Source of the DNA: an uncultured delta proteobacterium
GTDB taxonomy: Bacteria; Myxococcota; Kuafuiibacteriia; Kuafuiibacteriales; Kuafuiibacteriaceae
Direction: 5' to 3'
Length of the DNA stretch: 64,000 bases
Assembly: GCA_963803435.1 (NCBI GenBank)
Contig: CAWDML010000007.1
Span: 320,001 to 384,000, forward strand
The position numbers were made by a program, and so were the translations under genes. Numbering within the stretch: the first letter of the stretch is position 1; every line of letters starts with the position of its first letter. Below, piece by piece: positions 35,192 to 44,805 of this stretch. The notes beneath the pieces are model-generated. The model had not been told where the DNA came from. It searched no databases and saw nothing but the letters and a program-made list of their open reading frames with translations.

Positions 35192-36006
35192 GACGCCTCG
35201 CCGTGCTGACCGTGCTGCTCTCGGCTGCGTGCGGGTCCCCGGCGGAGCCGGTGGTCCCGACCCTGGCGGTGGTACGGGCGCTCCACTTCGTCCGTGAGGA
35301 TCCGAAGGGCGTATCGAACGGCATGAACCTCGACGGCTTCGTCAGCGAGAACAACGAGGACGGCCGCAGCTGCTTCAAGCCGGACTTCGTCGCCCCCGAC
35401 GGCGTGCCCGGGATCGACAACGAGCTCGCCCGCCTCCTCCCGCTGGTCGATCTGGCCGGCGAGAACGCGGTCGAGAGCTTGCTCCAGGGCTCGATCGACG
35501 AGGGCCGGCTCCTCATGCTGGTCGAGATCACGCCTCACGGCGACACCGCCGACCTCCGCGTCCTCCGCGGCATGGACGTCCCGCTGCTGGGTACCGACGG
35601 CAAGATCCTCGCCGGTCAGACGCTCGGCCTCGATCCCGACCCGATCCTCGGCGAGCTCCAGGACGTGCCGATGGTCGACGGCACCCTCACCGCCGACACC
35701 TTCTCGCTCCAGCTCCCGGTCGTCGTCTTCAGCCAGCTCTATCAGGTGGTGCTGCCGAAGGCGCACATGCACTTCTCGATGAACCCCGACGGCACCATCG
35801 AGTCGGGCTTGATCGCAGGCGGCATCCCGGTCGACGACCTCGTCACCATCATGAACACCGCCGCCGAGTTCGGCGGCGACTTCGACTCCATCTTCGGCGA
35901 CGCGCTCCGCTCGTCGGGGGACCTCGATCGCGACGCCGACGGCAACTGCACCGCCATGTCCGCCGCGGTGACGTTCGACGCCGTCCAAGCCTTCACGTTC
36001 GAGTGA
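35188..36006 (+). CDS. Hypothetical lipoprotein in the DUF1592/1552 operon
   Basis: LLSAAC lipobox, GMNLDG...GIDNELA motif; ATGA overlap. Confidence 0.75.
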   Translation: MRRLAVLTVLLSAACGSPAEPVVPTLAVVRALHFVREDPKGVSNGMNLDGFVSENNEDGRSCFKPDFVAPDGVPGIDNELARLLPLVDLAGENAVESLLQGSIDEGRLLMLVEITPHGDTADLRVLRGMDVPLLGTDGKILAGQTLGLDPDPILGELQDVPMVDGTLTADTFSLQLPVVVFSQLYQVVLPKAHMHFSMNPDGTIESGLIAGGIPVDDLVTIMNTAAEFGGDFDSIFGDALRSSGDLDRDADGNCTAMSAAVTFDAVQAFTFE

Positions 36007-36021
36007 TCGCGATCCGCCGCT

Positions 36022-36984
36022 TCACCGCCGACTGCGATCCAGCAGCTCGCAGTCGAGCCCCTCGTTCGGCACGCACGCCTTCCCGACCACACACGCCCCG
36101 TCGACGCACGCGATCGGCGCGCACGCCGCCCCCGCCCTCTCGCACGGCGTCCCCGACTTGCGACACACCTTCCGCGACCCGTCGCACGTGTCCGGCGGAC
36201 AATCCGCGTCCGCCGCGCATGAACAGAATCCGGAGAGCCGGCCCTCGCCGATCCTACAGCTCCGTCCCGGCGCGCAATCCGCATCGCTCTCACAGTCCCG
36301 ATCCGTGAGGGTGGCGACGTCCGAGCACACGTACCCGTTCGGACAGCTCTCGCCGTTCGCACACGTGACACCGCAGAAGAGGTCCGGCCCCGCCCCGTAG
36401 CTATTGACGAGACACAGGCTCCCCGGCGGACCGCACGGCGACGGATCCTCCGGCGTGATCGGCGGACACTCCTGGCAGTACAGCCCGCGCTCATCGACCT
36501 GACACCGTCCATCGACGCACGCGCTCCCGTAGTCGCAGAAGTCGCTCGCCGCGCAGCGCCCATCCGCGACCCGACACTGTCCGTCGACACAGAGCTGTCC
36601 CAGCACGCAGTCACCATGTCCAAAGCACCCGGGCGCGCACTTGCCGGAGAGACACACGGCGCCATACGGGCACTGCACCGACCCCACGCACGGCGACCCG
36701 AGCTGCAGCCCCGGACCCGCGATACACCGCGCGCTCCCGATCTCGCAGTAGGTGTCGGCGAGCGGACAGTCGTCATTGCTGAAGCACCCGAAGTCGCGCT
36801 GGCAGATTCCGACCGAGTTGCAGAACTCGTCGGCGCCACACGCCGAGTCGGCCGTGCAGATGCACTGGGCGCTCACCGCATCGCAGCGCGTGTTGGGGGT
36901 CGAGCAGTCATCATCGGTGCGACACGTGTTGTCGCGCGGGCAGGCGACGCCCAAGCCCGCGAGGATCAGCGCTGCGATCCGCAC
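36022..36984 (-). CDS. Cys-rich repeat lipoprotein (Dickkopf-like CxxDxDC repeats)
   Basis: LGVAC lipobox; many C-x2-D-x-D-C repeats. Confidence 0.8.
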   Translation of the reverse strand: MRIAALILAGLGVACPRDNTCRTDDDCSTPNTRCDAVSAQCICTADSACGADEFCNSVGICQRDFGCFSNDDCPLADTYCEIGSARCIAGPGLQLGSPCVGSVQCPYGAVCLSGKCAPGCFGHGDCVLGQLCVDGQCRVADGRCAASDFCDYGSACVDGRCQVDERGLYCQECPPITPEDPSPCGPPGSLCLVNSYGAGPDLFCGVTCANGESCPNGYVCSDVATLTDRDCESDADCAPGRSCRIGEGRLSGFCSCAADADCPPDTCDGSRKVCRKSGTPCERAGAACAPIACVDGACVVGKACVPNEGLDCELLDRSRR

Positions 36985-37191
36985 ACGAAGGACGGGCGTG
37001 TCGATGGGATCAGGATACGCGCAGACCGGAGAGATACGAACGCGCATACCGGCGGTGGGGGTGTGCAACGCGAATGCCGCCTCCGACGACGAGGGGTTGA
37101 GGCGAGGACTGCGGCACGCGCGGAGAGCTTGCCGCGGCCGTGCAGGCGTCGTCGACGTCGCAGGCCCCGACCAGACCGCCCCGATCGGAGT

Positions 37192-37207
37192 AGGCACGCG
37201 CCTTGCT
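37192..37207 (+). promoter_or_regulatory. Orphan sigma54 -24/-12 promoter
   Basis: AGGCACGCGCCTTGCT near consensus; ATG 12 nt downstream at 37220. Confidence 0.5.
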
Positions 37208-37312
37208 CAATCGGGAGGGATGAAGCGAGGCCCGGGCGCCGATCCGAGCGCGTCCGACGAAGCCAGCCTGGGGCAGGTTCGAGGGGCGGAGGCTGACTTC
37301 GCCAGCACCCGG

Positions 37313-37789
37313 CTACGCTCGCGAACCTCTGCTCTTGGGTACCGAGTGCTTGGTGTTGTGAGCGATGGCCTCGCGCAGGAGCGCCTTGAGCGCGGTCTTG
37401 TCGATCTTGTCTCCCTCGTGGATGTCGATCGCTCGCCACTTGTTCCCGTCCAGGCCCGCGTTGAAGAGCTTCTTGGGGTCGGGGAGCTTGGCGCCGTGGA
37501 AGAAGGTGACCTTCACCTTGTCCTTGTGGGCGTTGGCGAGGGCGTACATCCCTTCGTGCGACCAGACGGGGGTACCCATCCACTTCCATTCTTCGACCAC
37601 CCCGGGGTCGACCTCGTGGATGATCTTGCGGATCTCGGCTAGCCGCTCGCCCCGCCAATCGCCCAGCTCCGCTATCCTCTTGTCGATCCGCTTGGAGGCG
37701 CCCGTGGGGTCTGACGGCTTGGTGGCCGCCTTGCGCGGTCGGGCGGTCTTCTTTGCCGCCTTCGCGGTCTTCTTCTTCTTCGCGGTCAT
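37313..37789 (-). CDS. DUF1801 domain protein
   Basis: LGDWRGERL...VVEEWKWMGTPVWSHEG...LFNAGLDGNKWRAID. Confidence 0.9.
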   Translation of the reverse strand: MTAKKKKTAKAAKKTARPRKAATKPSDPTGASKRIDKRIAELGDWRGERLAEIRKIIHEVDPGVVEEWKWMGTPVWSHEGMYALANAHKDKVKVTFFHGAKLPDPKKLFNAGLDGNKWRAIDIHEGDKIDKTALKALLREAIAHNTKHSVPKSRGSRA

Positions 37790-38202
37790 CGCCGGTCTTC
37801 CCGCGCCTCGATCATCTTCCACCCGTTCCCCGACGGATCGCGGAAGCTGGCGTCCATGCTGCCGTAGCGGTCGACGGGCTCCTGCGTGAACTCCACTCCG
37901 CAGGCACGCATTCGGTCGTAGGCGGCGCGGCAGTCGTCGACGACCAGGACGAGCGGGGGCATGGCACCCTTCGCCACGATCTCACGCAGGGTCTGCGCAG
38001 TCGCCGCGTCCAGGATCGGTGACTGGGGCGTGAACAGTCCGAGCTGGAAGGACGGCTGGTCGGGGTGCTGCACCGTGAGCCAGCGGTAGTCGCCGTTCCG
38101 TGCGTCGGTGTGGACGCGGAATCCGAGCTTCTCGACGTAGAACTCGAGGGCTTCTTCCTGATTGCGAACGTACAGACCGATCATTCCGACACCCTGGCTC
38201 AT
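37786..38202 (-). CDS. VOC/glyoxalase family protein
   Basis: LYVRNQEEALEFYVEKLGF...FRDPSGNGW. Confidence 0.92.
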   Translation of the reverse strand: MSQGVGMIGLYVRNQEEALEFYVEKLGFRVHTDARNGDYRWLTVQHPDQPSFQLGLFTPQSPILDAATAQTLREIVAKGAMPPLVLVVDDCRAAYDRMRACGVEFTQEPVDRYGSMDASFRDPSGNGWKMIEAREDRR

Positions 38203-38714
38203 GGGACCTCCGTTTCTTCGGATCGGTTCATACCACCCGCGTCCTGCCGTCGCTTCTCCGAAACTGCGATCGGGAGGTCGGGCCGAAGGGCGGCGCTGAG
38301 AAAACAGGCGGGCACCAGCTCGAGCGCATGCGGAGCGGCCTTCTCGCGCGCACGAAGCTCTCCCGGGCTCTCGCCGGTGACGTCGCGGAACGTGCGCCCG
38401 AACGTCCCCAAGCTCTTCCAGCCGGTCTCGAACGCGATCTCGGTGATGGACAGGTCCGTGTCGCGGAGCAGCGCCGCAGCCCGCTCGAGTCGACGTGTGA
38501 GCAGGTATCGGTGCGGAGGAACACCGAAGGCGTCCTTGAACGATCGCGCGAAGTGGGCCTCGGAGATCCCGCTCAACCGCGCGAGCCGCCGGACCGGCCA
38601 CTCCTCGTGGGAGGCAGCGTCCATCCGGTCCTTCGCACGGAGCAGGCGACGCAACACCTCGGGGTCATGACTCTTGTGCCCTCGTTCTTGCTTGCTCCCG
38701 AGCCGTGTTCCCAT
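38199..38714 (-). CDS. AraC-family transcriptional regulator
   Basis: RLLRAKDRMD...SEAHFARSFK...ITEIAFETGWKSLGTFGRTF. Confidence 0.9.
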   Translation of the reverse strand: MGTRLGSKQERGHKSHDPEVLRRLLRAKDRMDAASHEEWPVRRLARLSGISEAHFARSFKDAFGVPPHRYLLTRRLERAAALLRDTDLSITEIAFETGWKSLGTFGRTFRDVTGESPGELRAREKAAPHALELVPACFLSAALRPDLPIAVSEKRRQDAGGMNRSEETEVP

Positions 38715-38845
38715 GAGCGACCCGTCAGATGTCATCGCCGAGAGGAGCCCTGCATCACCGGCGACTCCGTTTCTTGTCAACCCGATCGGCCACGGCGCCG
38801 TCCTAGCCGCCGGGCACTTGCCTGCCCTGGCCCGGCTCATTAAAG

Positions 38846-39103
38846 GTGGAATCTCTGGCGCGCTCGAACAGAACGGGTCAACGCATTCGGCTCTTGCCTC
38901 GCGTCGATCCCTCGGAGGTTCCGACCGACTCGGATCGGACGCAGTCGGACGTCCCCTTCGAGCCTCCGACCGTCGAGGAGCCGGTCCGGCGACGACGGCT
39001 CCCGGAGCCCGAGCACCCGCCGCGCAAGCTGCACAAGGTCACGGTGGTGGCGGTCGTCCTGACCGTGGTGGTCATCGTGGCGGCCGCGCTGTTCTCCCGC
39101 TGA
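38846..39103 (+). CDS. Small C-terminally anchored membrane protein (hypothetical)
   Basis: Disordered N-terminus and a single C-terminal TM (VTVVAVVLTVVVIVAAALF). Confidence 0.5.
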   Translation: MESLARSNRTGQRIRLLPRVDPSEVPTDSDRTQSDVPFEPPTVEEPVRRRRLPEPEHPPRKLHKVTVVAVVLTVVVIVAAALFSR

Positions 39104-39195
39104 CGCCGCGCCCGCGGCGGGATCAATAGACCGTTAACCACGAGGCAAAAGCTGGACGAGGAGGACCATCGATAATCCAGGACGGAGGTGCACGC

Positions 39196-39954
39196 ATGGT
39201 TCGGATCAGCACGGTCGCGGGTCGGTGCGACGCGGTTCTTCAGTGGACTCGAGACAACGGCGGCGTCAGCGACGGCGACGGACACGTACGACCCGACGTC
39301 GACCCGGCGCTCGTCCGCCGCGAGATCGAGACCCGCGCGACGTTCGGACTGTACGACCACGCCGATGCTCCCTGGCGCGGGGAGTACGTCCGCGCGCAGG
39401 ACAATCTCAACGCCGACCTGTCCTCGCTCTATTTGGCCGAGTCGAAGCCGGAGAAGCTCGTCGGGCCCGAGCTCGAACGATGGGTCCGGGACGTTACCTT
39501 CCAGCGCGAGCTCCTGGCGAGGCGCCGGGACCAGGAAGCGGACATCGGAGCGCTCGCGGACGAGCTCACCACCGCACCTGAGGTTCGCGAAGCGCTGGTC
39601 TGGGCGCTGCGCCATGCGGCGACCAAGGGTCAGTTCGACAAGGAGACGACGAGAGCGCACATCCTGTCGTTCCGCCCGCACGAGATCCTCTCGGTCCGCC
39701 TCCCCGGGCGGACCCGGCTGACCGTCGAGCTCCGGGGCCGTCACCTCGACATCACGACGTCGGATGACCTCGTGAAGCGGTGGCTCAACGGCCCGCTCGC
39801 GGTCGCCACCGCGATACACAAGTTCAACGCGCTGTTCCGCGCGAACAACGACTATGCAGGCTATCTCGAGGGGCGTGATCTCTCGCTCGCGAAGGACTTC
39901 GAGGATCCGGATTATCTTCAGGCGGCTCGCGCCGATCGCGAAGCGTGCCGATAG
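39196..39954 (+). CDS. Hypothetical protein
   Basis: GGAGG RBS and coding-like codon usage; no recognisable family. Confidence 0.65.
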   Translation: MVRISTVAGRCDAVLQWTRDNGGVSDGDGHVRPDVDPALVRREIETRATFGLYDHADAPWRGEYVRAQDNLNADLSSLYLAESKPEKLVGPELERWVRDVTFQRELLARRRDQEADIGALADELTTAPEVREALVWALRHAATKGQFDKETTRAHILSFRPHEILSVRLPGRTRLTVELRGRHLDITTSDDLVKRWLNGPLAVATAIHKFNALFRANNDYAGYLEGRDLSLAKDFEDPDYLQAARADREACR

Positions 39955-40096
39955 AGGCTAGTGGGTGACATCGAGCACGTAGGCCGGTGGCCGCTGCGGG
40001 CTTCTCTGATCGGCCGAATGCGGGGCGACCCCGTGGTCCTTCCGCGGGCCGCACTCGCGGCAACAAAACGGTCCGTCCTTCGATAATGCCTCTACC

Positions 40097-42394
40097 TTGC
40101 TTGCGAAATCGTCTTCGATCGGCCGCGGATCCCTGACCCAGACCGAAGCCTCGGGCGCGATCGAGGCTCGGGTGTTCGAGGCGCGATCGACCGCGAGCTC
40201 CAAAGCCCGCGACCCGCGGGCGCTCCGCGATCCCTGGGCCGAGCGCCTGGGTGCGCGACCGGAACGGCCGGTTCAGAAGAAGGGCGCGGTCCAACCGCTC
40301 GCCGTCGAGGCGGCGGAGGTCGATCGGCTGCGCGCCGGCGCCCTCGCCAACAAGGACGCGAAGCAGCTCCAGATCTCCGCGCTCTCCGACGCAGTGAGGC
40401 TCTTCGACCTCCCCTTCGAGCGGACGTTCCGCACCGCCGCCCGCGTGAAGCTGACCTCGATGAACCGTCTGCTCGATCGGATCATGAACGCGCCGACGCC
40501 GCACCTCGAGCCGGCCGTAGAGCACTCGAAGCGCTCCGCAGCAGTCGAGACCCTGGTGCGCCTCCACGTGAGCGGGCAGGCGCCCCTCGATCGCGCGCTC
40601 CTGATGGCCTGCATCGAGGAGCTCGGGAACTACGGCGACGATCATGCGAAGGACGCGCTCGCGGCGCTGAAGCGGTCCGTCGGAGACCGGCCGGTCAAGA
40701 TCCAGCGGGCCTGCGACGAGGCGATCGCCCGCATCGATCGCGCACAGAGCTTCAGCGTCGCGGAGATCTCGCTCGAGGGACCGCAGACTCCGGTCGGCGG
40801 CATCGCAAGCTACCTCACCGGGCTCGTCCCGCTGCTCCCGGAGTTCGGCCACCCGGTGGACTGGATTCATCCGCTCCCTGCCGGCGTCGACGTCAGCACC
40901 GACAAGGGCTGGGAGTACGTCCCGGGCAGCGAGGACGCGGTCCGCATCAACGGAAAGACCGTCACCTTCTGCCTCTACCGCTGCAGCGAGCCGGCCCCCG
41001 GAGTGGCGTTCGCGGACGACACGTATTTTGGTAACCGGCACGGCCTCTACGGCGACGATCGGACCGGCGAAGACTTCCCCGACGACAAGGAGCGGGCGTT
41101 CGCCGGCGCGGTCCTTGCGCTCGCCACCATGCGAAAGCTCGCCGCGATCCGAAAGCTCGGCGGCGGCGAGCTCACGGCGGAGCAGGTGAAGGAGGCCGAG
41201 CGCTCGTTGCACGCGTCCGACCTCCCAGACGTCCTCCATCACAACGACTCGCACTTCGGCGCGGCGCTCCCCCTGGCCGAGGCGCAGACGGAGCTGCGAA
41301 ACTCAGCGCACGTCAACACGCTCCACAACTCCGGCGGAGTCTATGATCAATGGATGCCGCTCGACCTCCTGCTGGAGGCGCTCCAGCAGGCCGGCGGCCG
41401 GCTCCTGCACACGCCGGTGCATCCGGGCCTGCAGGCGGGCGAGCGGTACATCAATCAGCGTGAGATGATGCAGGCGGCGACGCTGCTGATACCGGTGAGC
41501 GAAGGTTGGACGGAGGAGCTGCTGGCCGATCCGTCGAACGCCGTCCTCCGGCGCGCGAAGTCGGAGGGACGCGTCCGGCCGACTCACAACGCGATCGATC
41601 TCGCGCGATGGGATCCCTCCACTCCGCACGGGAGCCAGCCCGCCACCTACGACGCGAACGACTTCTCCGGCAAGACAGCCTGCAAGACGGCGAAGCAGGC
41701 GGCGAGCGAGCTCCCGATCGATCCCTCCGCGCCGCACTTCACGGCGGTCGGTCGGATCAGCGTGCAGAAGGGCTTCCACAAGCTGCTGGCGCCGCTGACC
41801 AGCGATCCCTCGACCACTCCGCTCGACGCGGTGATGGGGGCCTTCCCGAACCTGAGCATGACGCTGGGCGGACCGGCGGCCGAGCAGGACATCGCTCACG
41901 ATCTCGAGAAGTTTGCTGCGCGCTGGAAGGGACGAGTCAAGGTCACGCTCGGTCGGATGGACGCGCGCTCGGAGTTCGCCGCAGCCGACATCGCGCTGAT
42001 GCCGTCGACGCACGAGCCGGGAGGCCTCACGAACATCGAGGCCCAAGCGCTCGGGACGCGCGTGGTCTTCGCCGAGGTCGGCGGGCTGCCGTACGCCTCG
42101 TCCGACGTCGGCATCCCCTGCAACCCCTACGATCCCGAGAGCGTCAAGCGCGCGCTCTTCGACGCAGCCGCCTGGGCTTCGCTCCCCGCAGCGGAGAAAG
42201 CGGACGTTCAGCGCGCCAACATGAAGAGAGCGCAGCAGTTCGACTCTCGCAAGTGGACGCGCAACATCATTGCTCTGATGCGCGAGGGGTTGAACCTCCG
42301 GCGTCGCGATGGTCAGGCGGCGGAGGCCCCGGCCGCGCACCGCGCCCACCGAGCCCGCGCCGGCGCCGGAAGGTCGGTTCGGGCCGCGTCCTGA
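40097..42394 (+). CDS. Glycogen/starch synthase-like GT-B glycosyltransferase (GT5-like) with ~210-aa N-terminal extension
   Basis: PVGGIASYL (KxGGL variant), LHHNDSH, TLHN, NAIDLARWDP, VGRISVQKG, MPSTHEPGGLT. Confidence 0.8.
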   Translation: MLAKSSSIGRGSLTQTEASGAIEARVFEARSTASSKARDPRALRDPWAERLGARPERPVQKKGAVQPLAVEAAEVDRLRAGALANKDAKQLQISALSDAVRLFDLPFERTFRTAARVKLTSMNRLLDRIMNAPTPHLEPAVEHSKRSAAVETLVRLHVSGQAPLDRALLMACIEELGNYGDDHAKDALAALKRSVGDRPVKIQRACDEAIARIDRAQSFSVAEISLEGPQTPVGGIASYLTGLVPLLPEFGHPVDWIHPLPAGVDVSTDKGWEYVPGSEDAVRINGKTVTFCLYRCSEPAPGVAFADDTYFGNRHGLYGDDRTGEDFPDDKERAFAGAVLALATMRKLAAIRKLGGGELTAEQVKEAERSLHASDLPDVLHHNDSHFGAALPLAEAQTELRNSAHVNTLHNSGGVYDQWMPLDLLLEALQQAGGRLLHTPVHPGLQAGERYINQREMMQAATLLIPVSEGWTEELLADPSNAVLRRAKSEGRVRPTHNAIDLARWDPSTPHGSQPATYDANDFSGKTACKTAKQAASELPIDPSAPHFTAVGRISVQKGFHKLLAPLTSDPSTTPLDAVMGAFPNLSMTLGGPAAEQDIAHDLEKFAARWKGRVKVTLGRMDARSEFAAADIALMPSTHEPGGLTNIEAQALGTRVVFAEVGGLPYASSDVGIPCNPYDPESVKRALFDAAAWASLPAAEKADVQRANMKRAQQFDSRKWTRNIIALMREGLNLRRRDGQAAEAPAAHRAHRARAGAGRSVRAAS

Positions 42395-42493
42395 GGTGTG
42401 CCGGCGTCGAGGTCGTCCTCGATCGATCGGGCCGGGAGCGGAGAGTCGCAAGGTGGCTCGACGCTCGGCTCGAGCATGTCGCAAGTGCGTCAA

Positions 42494-43717
42494 TCAAAAC
42501 GCGGTCAGCGCGGGTGACCAGTCGGGGCCGCAGATCGAGACCACCGTCCCGTTCGTCGAGGCGGCCACCGCCTGATAGCGGTCACCGAGATCCGAGAAGC
42601 AGCCGCTCGCCGCCGTCGCGGTGCCGACGATCGCGTTGAAGGTCACCGAGCGCGGCGGCGATACGATGCCGGCGAGGAAGCTCTCATAGAATGTGATCTG
42701 AGCCGGAGACTGATCCTCCTCGTCCGACAGCGCGATCACCACCAGCGAAGCGTCCGCCCGCGGGAAACCGGGGTTGCCGGTGAGCGCGAGGTGCATCCCC
42801 TCCAGCCCCTGCTCGATGCCGTCTCCATTCACGCCGACGTCGACGTTCGCGGCGAAGGCCTGCTCCGGGTTCGGCGTCGAGCCGTCGATGATCGGCGGGT
42901 TCCCTACGAAAGAGCCCTGCTCGCCGGTGGAGCTCACGTCGGTGGTCGTCACCGCGATCCGATAGTCGTACCCCTGCGCCGCCAGATGCGCGAAGAACAC
43001 GCTGGCTTGCCCACCGAGCGACGATTGCTCGTCCGCCATGGAGCAGGAGCTGTCGACCACGAACAGGATGTCGACCGCGTTCATCCCGACCGGCGGCTCG
43101 CACGTCTGCCCGCAGACGGTCTCCACCTCCCTCACGCAGACCCGATCCCACTGACCGGTGCAACAGTACGGATCCGCATCGCAGACGGACTGCGCGCAGG
43201 GATCACAGGCCGGGTCGAGGATGTCGCCCGGATCGCAAAGGGCGTGGGCGCAGGGCGGCGGCGGTGGCGGCATCATGCAGCTGAGCCCGCAGACGGTGGC
43301 GACCTCGGCCACGCAGATCGAGTCCCAACCGTTGTTGCAACAGAAGGGATCCGCCGCGCAGATGTCCCCCACGCAGGGGTCGCAGGTCGTCATCAACGGA
43401 CCACCGCTCTGGCAGCGATCGTGATCGCACGTTCCCCCCTGGCAACTCAGGTTGCAGCTCTGCTGGGCCTCATCGACGCAGATCCCGTCCCACTGCACCT
43501 GGCAGCAGTAGCTGTCGAAGGCGCAGACGTCGGCCGCACAGGCGCTGCAGGAGCTCAGCAGCGGATTGCCGGCGGCGCATTCGTCGTGGTCGCAGGAGGG
43601 CGTCCCGGAGCCGAGCGGCCGCCCGTCCCTGCCCAGATGAGGGCTCGGCTCCCTGGTGTCAGGGGCACAGGAGAAGGCGAAGAGCAGCGGGAGCGCGAAG
43701 AGGTTCGTCTTGGTCAC
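42494..43717 (-). CDS. Lipoprotein with three Cys-rich repeats and a C-terminal vWA domain
   Basis: 3x CxHDxC...DxYCC...WDxICV repeat; DILFVVDSSCSMADEQ MIDAS; LSDEEDQS. Confidence 0.85.
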   Translation of the reverse strand: MTKTNLFALPLLFAFSCAPDTREPSPHLGRDGRPLGSGTPSCDHDECAAGNPLLSSCSACAADVCAFDSYCCQVQWDGICVDEAQQSCNLSCQGGTCDHDRCQSGGPLMTTCDPCVGDICAADPFCCNNGWDSICVAEVATVCGLSCMMPPPPPPCAHALCDPGDILDPACDPCAQSVCDADPYCCTGQWDRVCVREVETVCGQTCEPPVGMNAVDILFVVDSSCSMADEQSSLGGQASVFFAHLAAQGYDYRIAVTTTDVSSTGEQGSFVGNPPIIDGSTPNPEQAFAANVDVGVNGDGIEQGLEGMHLALTGNPGFPRADASLVVIALSDEEDQSPAQITFYESFLAGIVSPPRSVTFNAIVGTATAASGCFSDLGDRYQAVAASTNGTVVSICGPDWSPALTAF

Positions 43718-43776
43718 GGCGCATGGGTTGCCGCGGAGGGCGCGATCGATCAAACGGCGGAGCGGCCGGCGTCAGC

Positions 43777-44127
43777 TCACGGTTCGTCTTCCACGAACGC
43801 GCGGAGCCGCTCGATCGCGTCGTCCCATTGCTGGGAGACCTGATCCAGGTACCTGCGCGCGTCGGCGAGCCGCTTGGCCTCCAGCTCCCATACACGCTCG
43901 CGACCGTGCCTCTCGCTGCGCACCAGACCTGCGCGCGCGAGGGCATTCAGGTGCTTGGTGATGGCCTGGCGGGACATGTTGGTGCCATCGGTGAGGCGGA
44001 CGATCGACTGCGGACCTCGAGCGCACAGCCGATGGACGATGTTCAGCCGGGTCTCGTCTCCGAGCGCGGCGAACACCGGCGCAGCGCCGGCGGGCGAGGT
44101 GACCGCAGACGCGCCCGTTCTAGACAT
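43777..44127 (-). CDS. ArsR/SmtB-family transcriptional regulator
   Basis: VFAALGDETRL...MSRQAITKHL..LARAGLV...GRER...WDDAIERL. Confidence 0.93.
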   Translation of the reverse strand: MSRTGASAVTSPAGAAPVFAALGDETRLNIVHRLCARGPQSIVRLTDGTNMSRQAITKHLNALARAGLVRSERHGRERVWELEAKRLADARRYLDQVSQQWDDAIERLRAFVEDEP

Positions 44128-44620
44128 GGCTCGGATCCGTCAGATACTTCTCGATCAGCTTCAGCTGGGCGTTCCAGCCCTGCTCGTTGCCGTTGAAGGC
44201 CTTGACGCGGCGCTCGAGCGGGATGCGATTGAACCCGGACTCGGTGATGGTGAGGTTCGTGCCGCCCTCCGCCTCCTCCAGCTCGAAGACGACCCGCGTG
44301 CTCGGCTCACTCGAGAGGTCGAGGCTCGGATTGCCGGAGAACGGGTGCCAGAAGAAGGAGAAGAGGCGGAGCGGCTCGATCCGGTCGATGGTGCACTCGA
44401 AGGGAGCGCCGCGGTAGGGCTCCTGCATGCGCGCCACCTCGGCGTCGACTTGGGTCGGGACGATGCGGCCGGTCAGCCGGGCTCCGGCGACGAAGGGCCC
44501 GTCGAAGTCCACACCGAACCACGTGCCGAACGCCTTGGCGTCGCTGATGGCGTGCCAGACACGCGCAAGCGGCGCGCGCAGGAAAGTCTTCTTCTCGATA
44601 CGGTCTTTGATGTCGTTCAT
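44120..44620 (-). CDS. SRPBCC (AHA1/START-like) domain protein
   Basis: IEKKTFLRAPLARVWHAISD..FGTWFG...LTITESGF...NEQGW. Confidence 0.92.
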   Translation of the reverse strand: MNDIKDRIEKKTFLRAPLARVWHAISDAKAFGTWFGVDFDGPFVAGARLTGRIVPTQVDAEVARMQEPYRGAPFECTIDRIEPLRLFSFFWHPFSGNPSLDLSSEPSTRVVFELEEAEGGTNLTITESGFNRIPLERRVKAFNGNEQGWNAQLKLIEKYLTDPSHV

Positions 44621-44719
44621 TAGCAACCTCCAGGTTGCCCATGCACGTAATCGAGGCGTTTTGAAAAAGCAACCTCTAGGTTGCGTTTTATTCACGCGCG
44701 CTGGATCGAGACTCCAAAG
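44451..44719. repeat. ~270-bp direct repeat, copy 1 (SRPBCC 5' end + operator)
   Basis: Near-identical to 56510-56775 with a few substitutions and one small indel. Confidence 0.92.
44623..44684. promoter_or_regulatory. Two palindromic operators GCAACC-N4-GGTTGC (probable ArsR sites)
   Basis: Palindromes at 44623-44638 and 44669-44684 directly upstream of the SRPBCC-arsR operon. Confidence 0.7.
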
Positions 44720-44805
44720 CTACTGTTCCGGCAAACGTGACGGGTTGGGGGGCACGCAGGTCATAGATTGGCCTCCGGCGGCAGCGGTCGTCAGGAGGTC
44801 AAGCA

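Noticed and set aside
36022-36984. RiPP precursor or multiheme cytochrome
   Set aside because: No CxxCH motifs or modifying enzymes; ordinary myxobacterial Cys-rich lipoprotein
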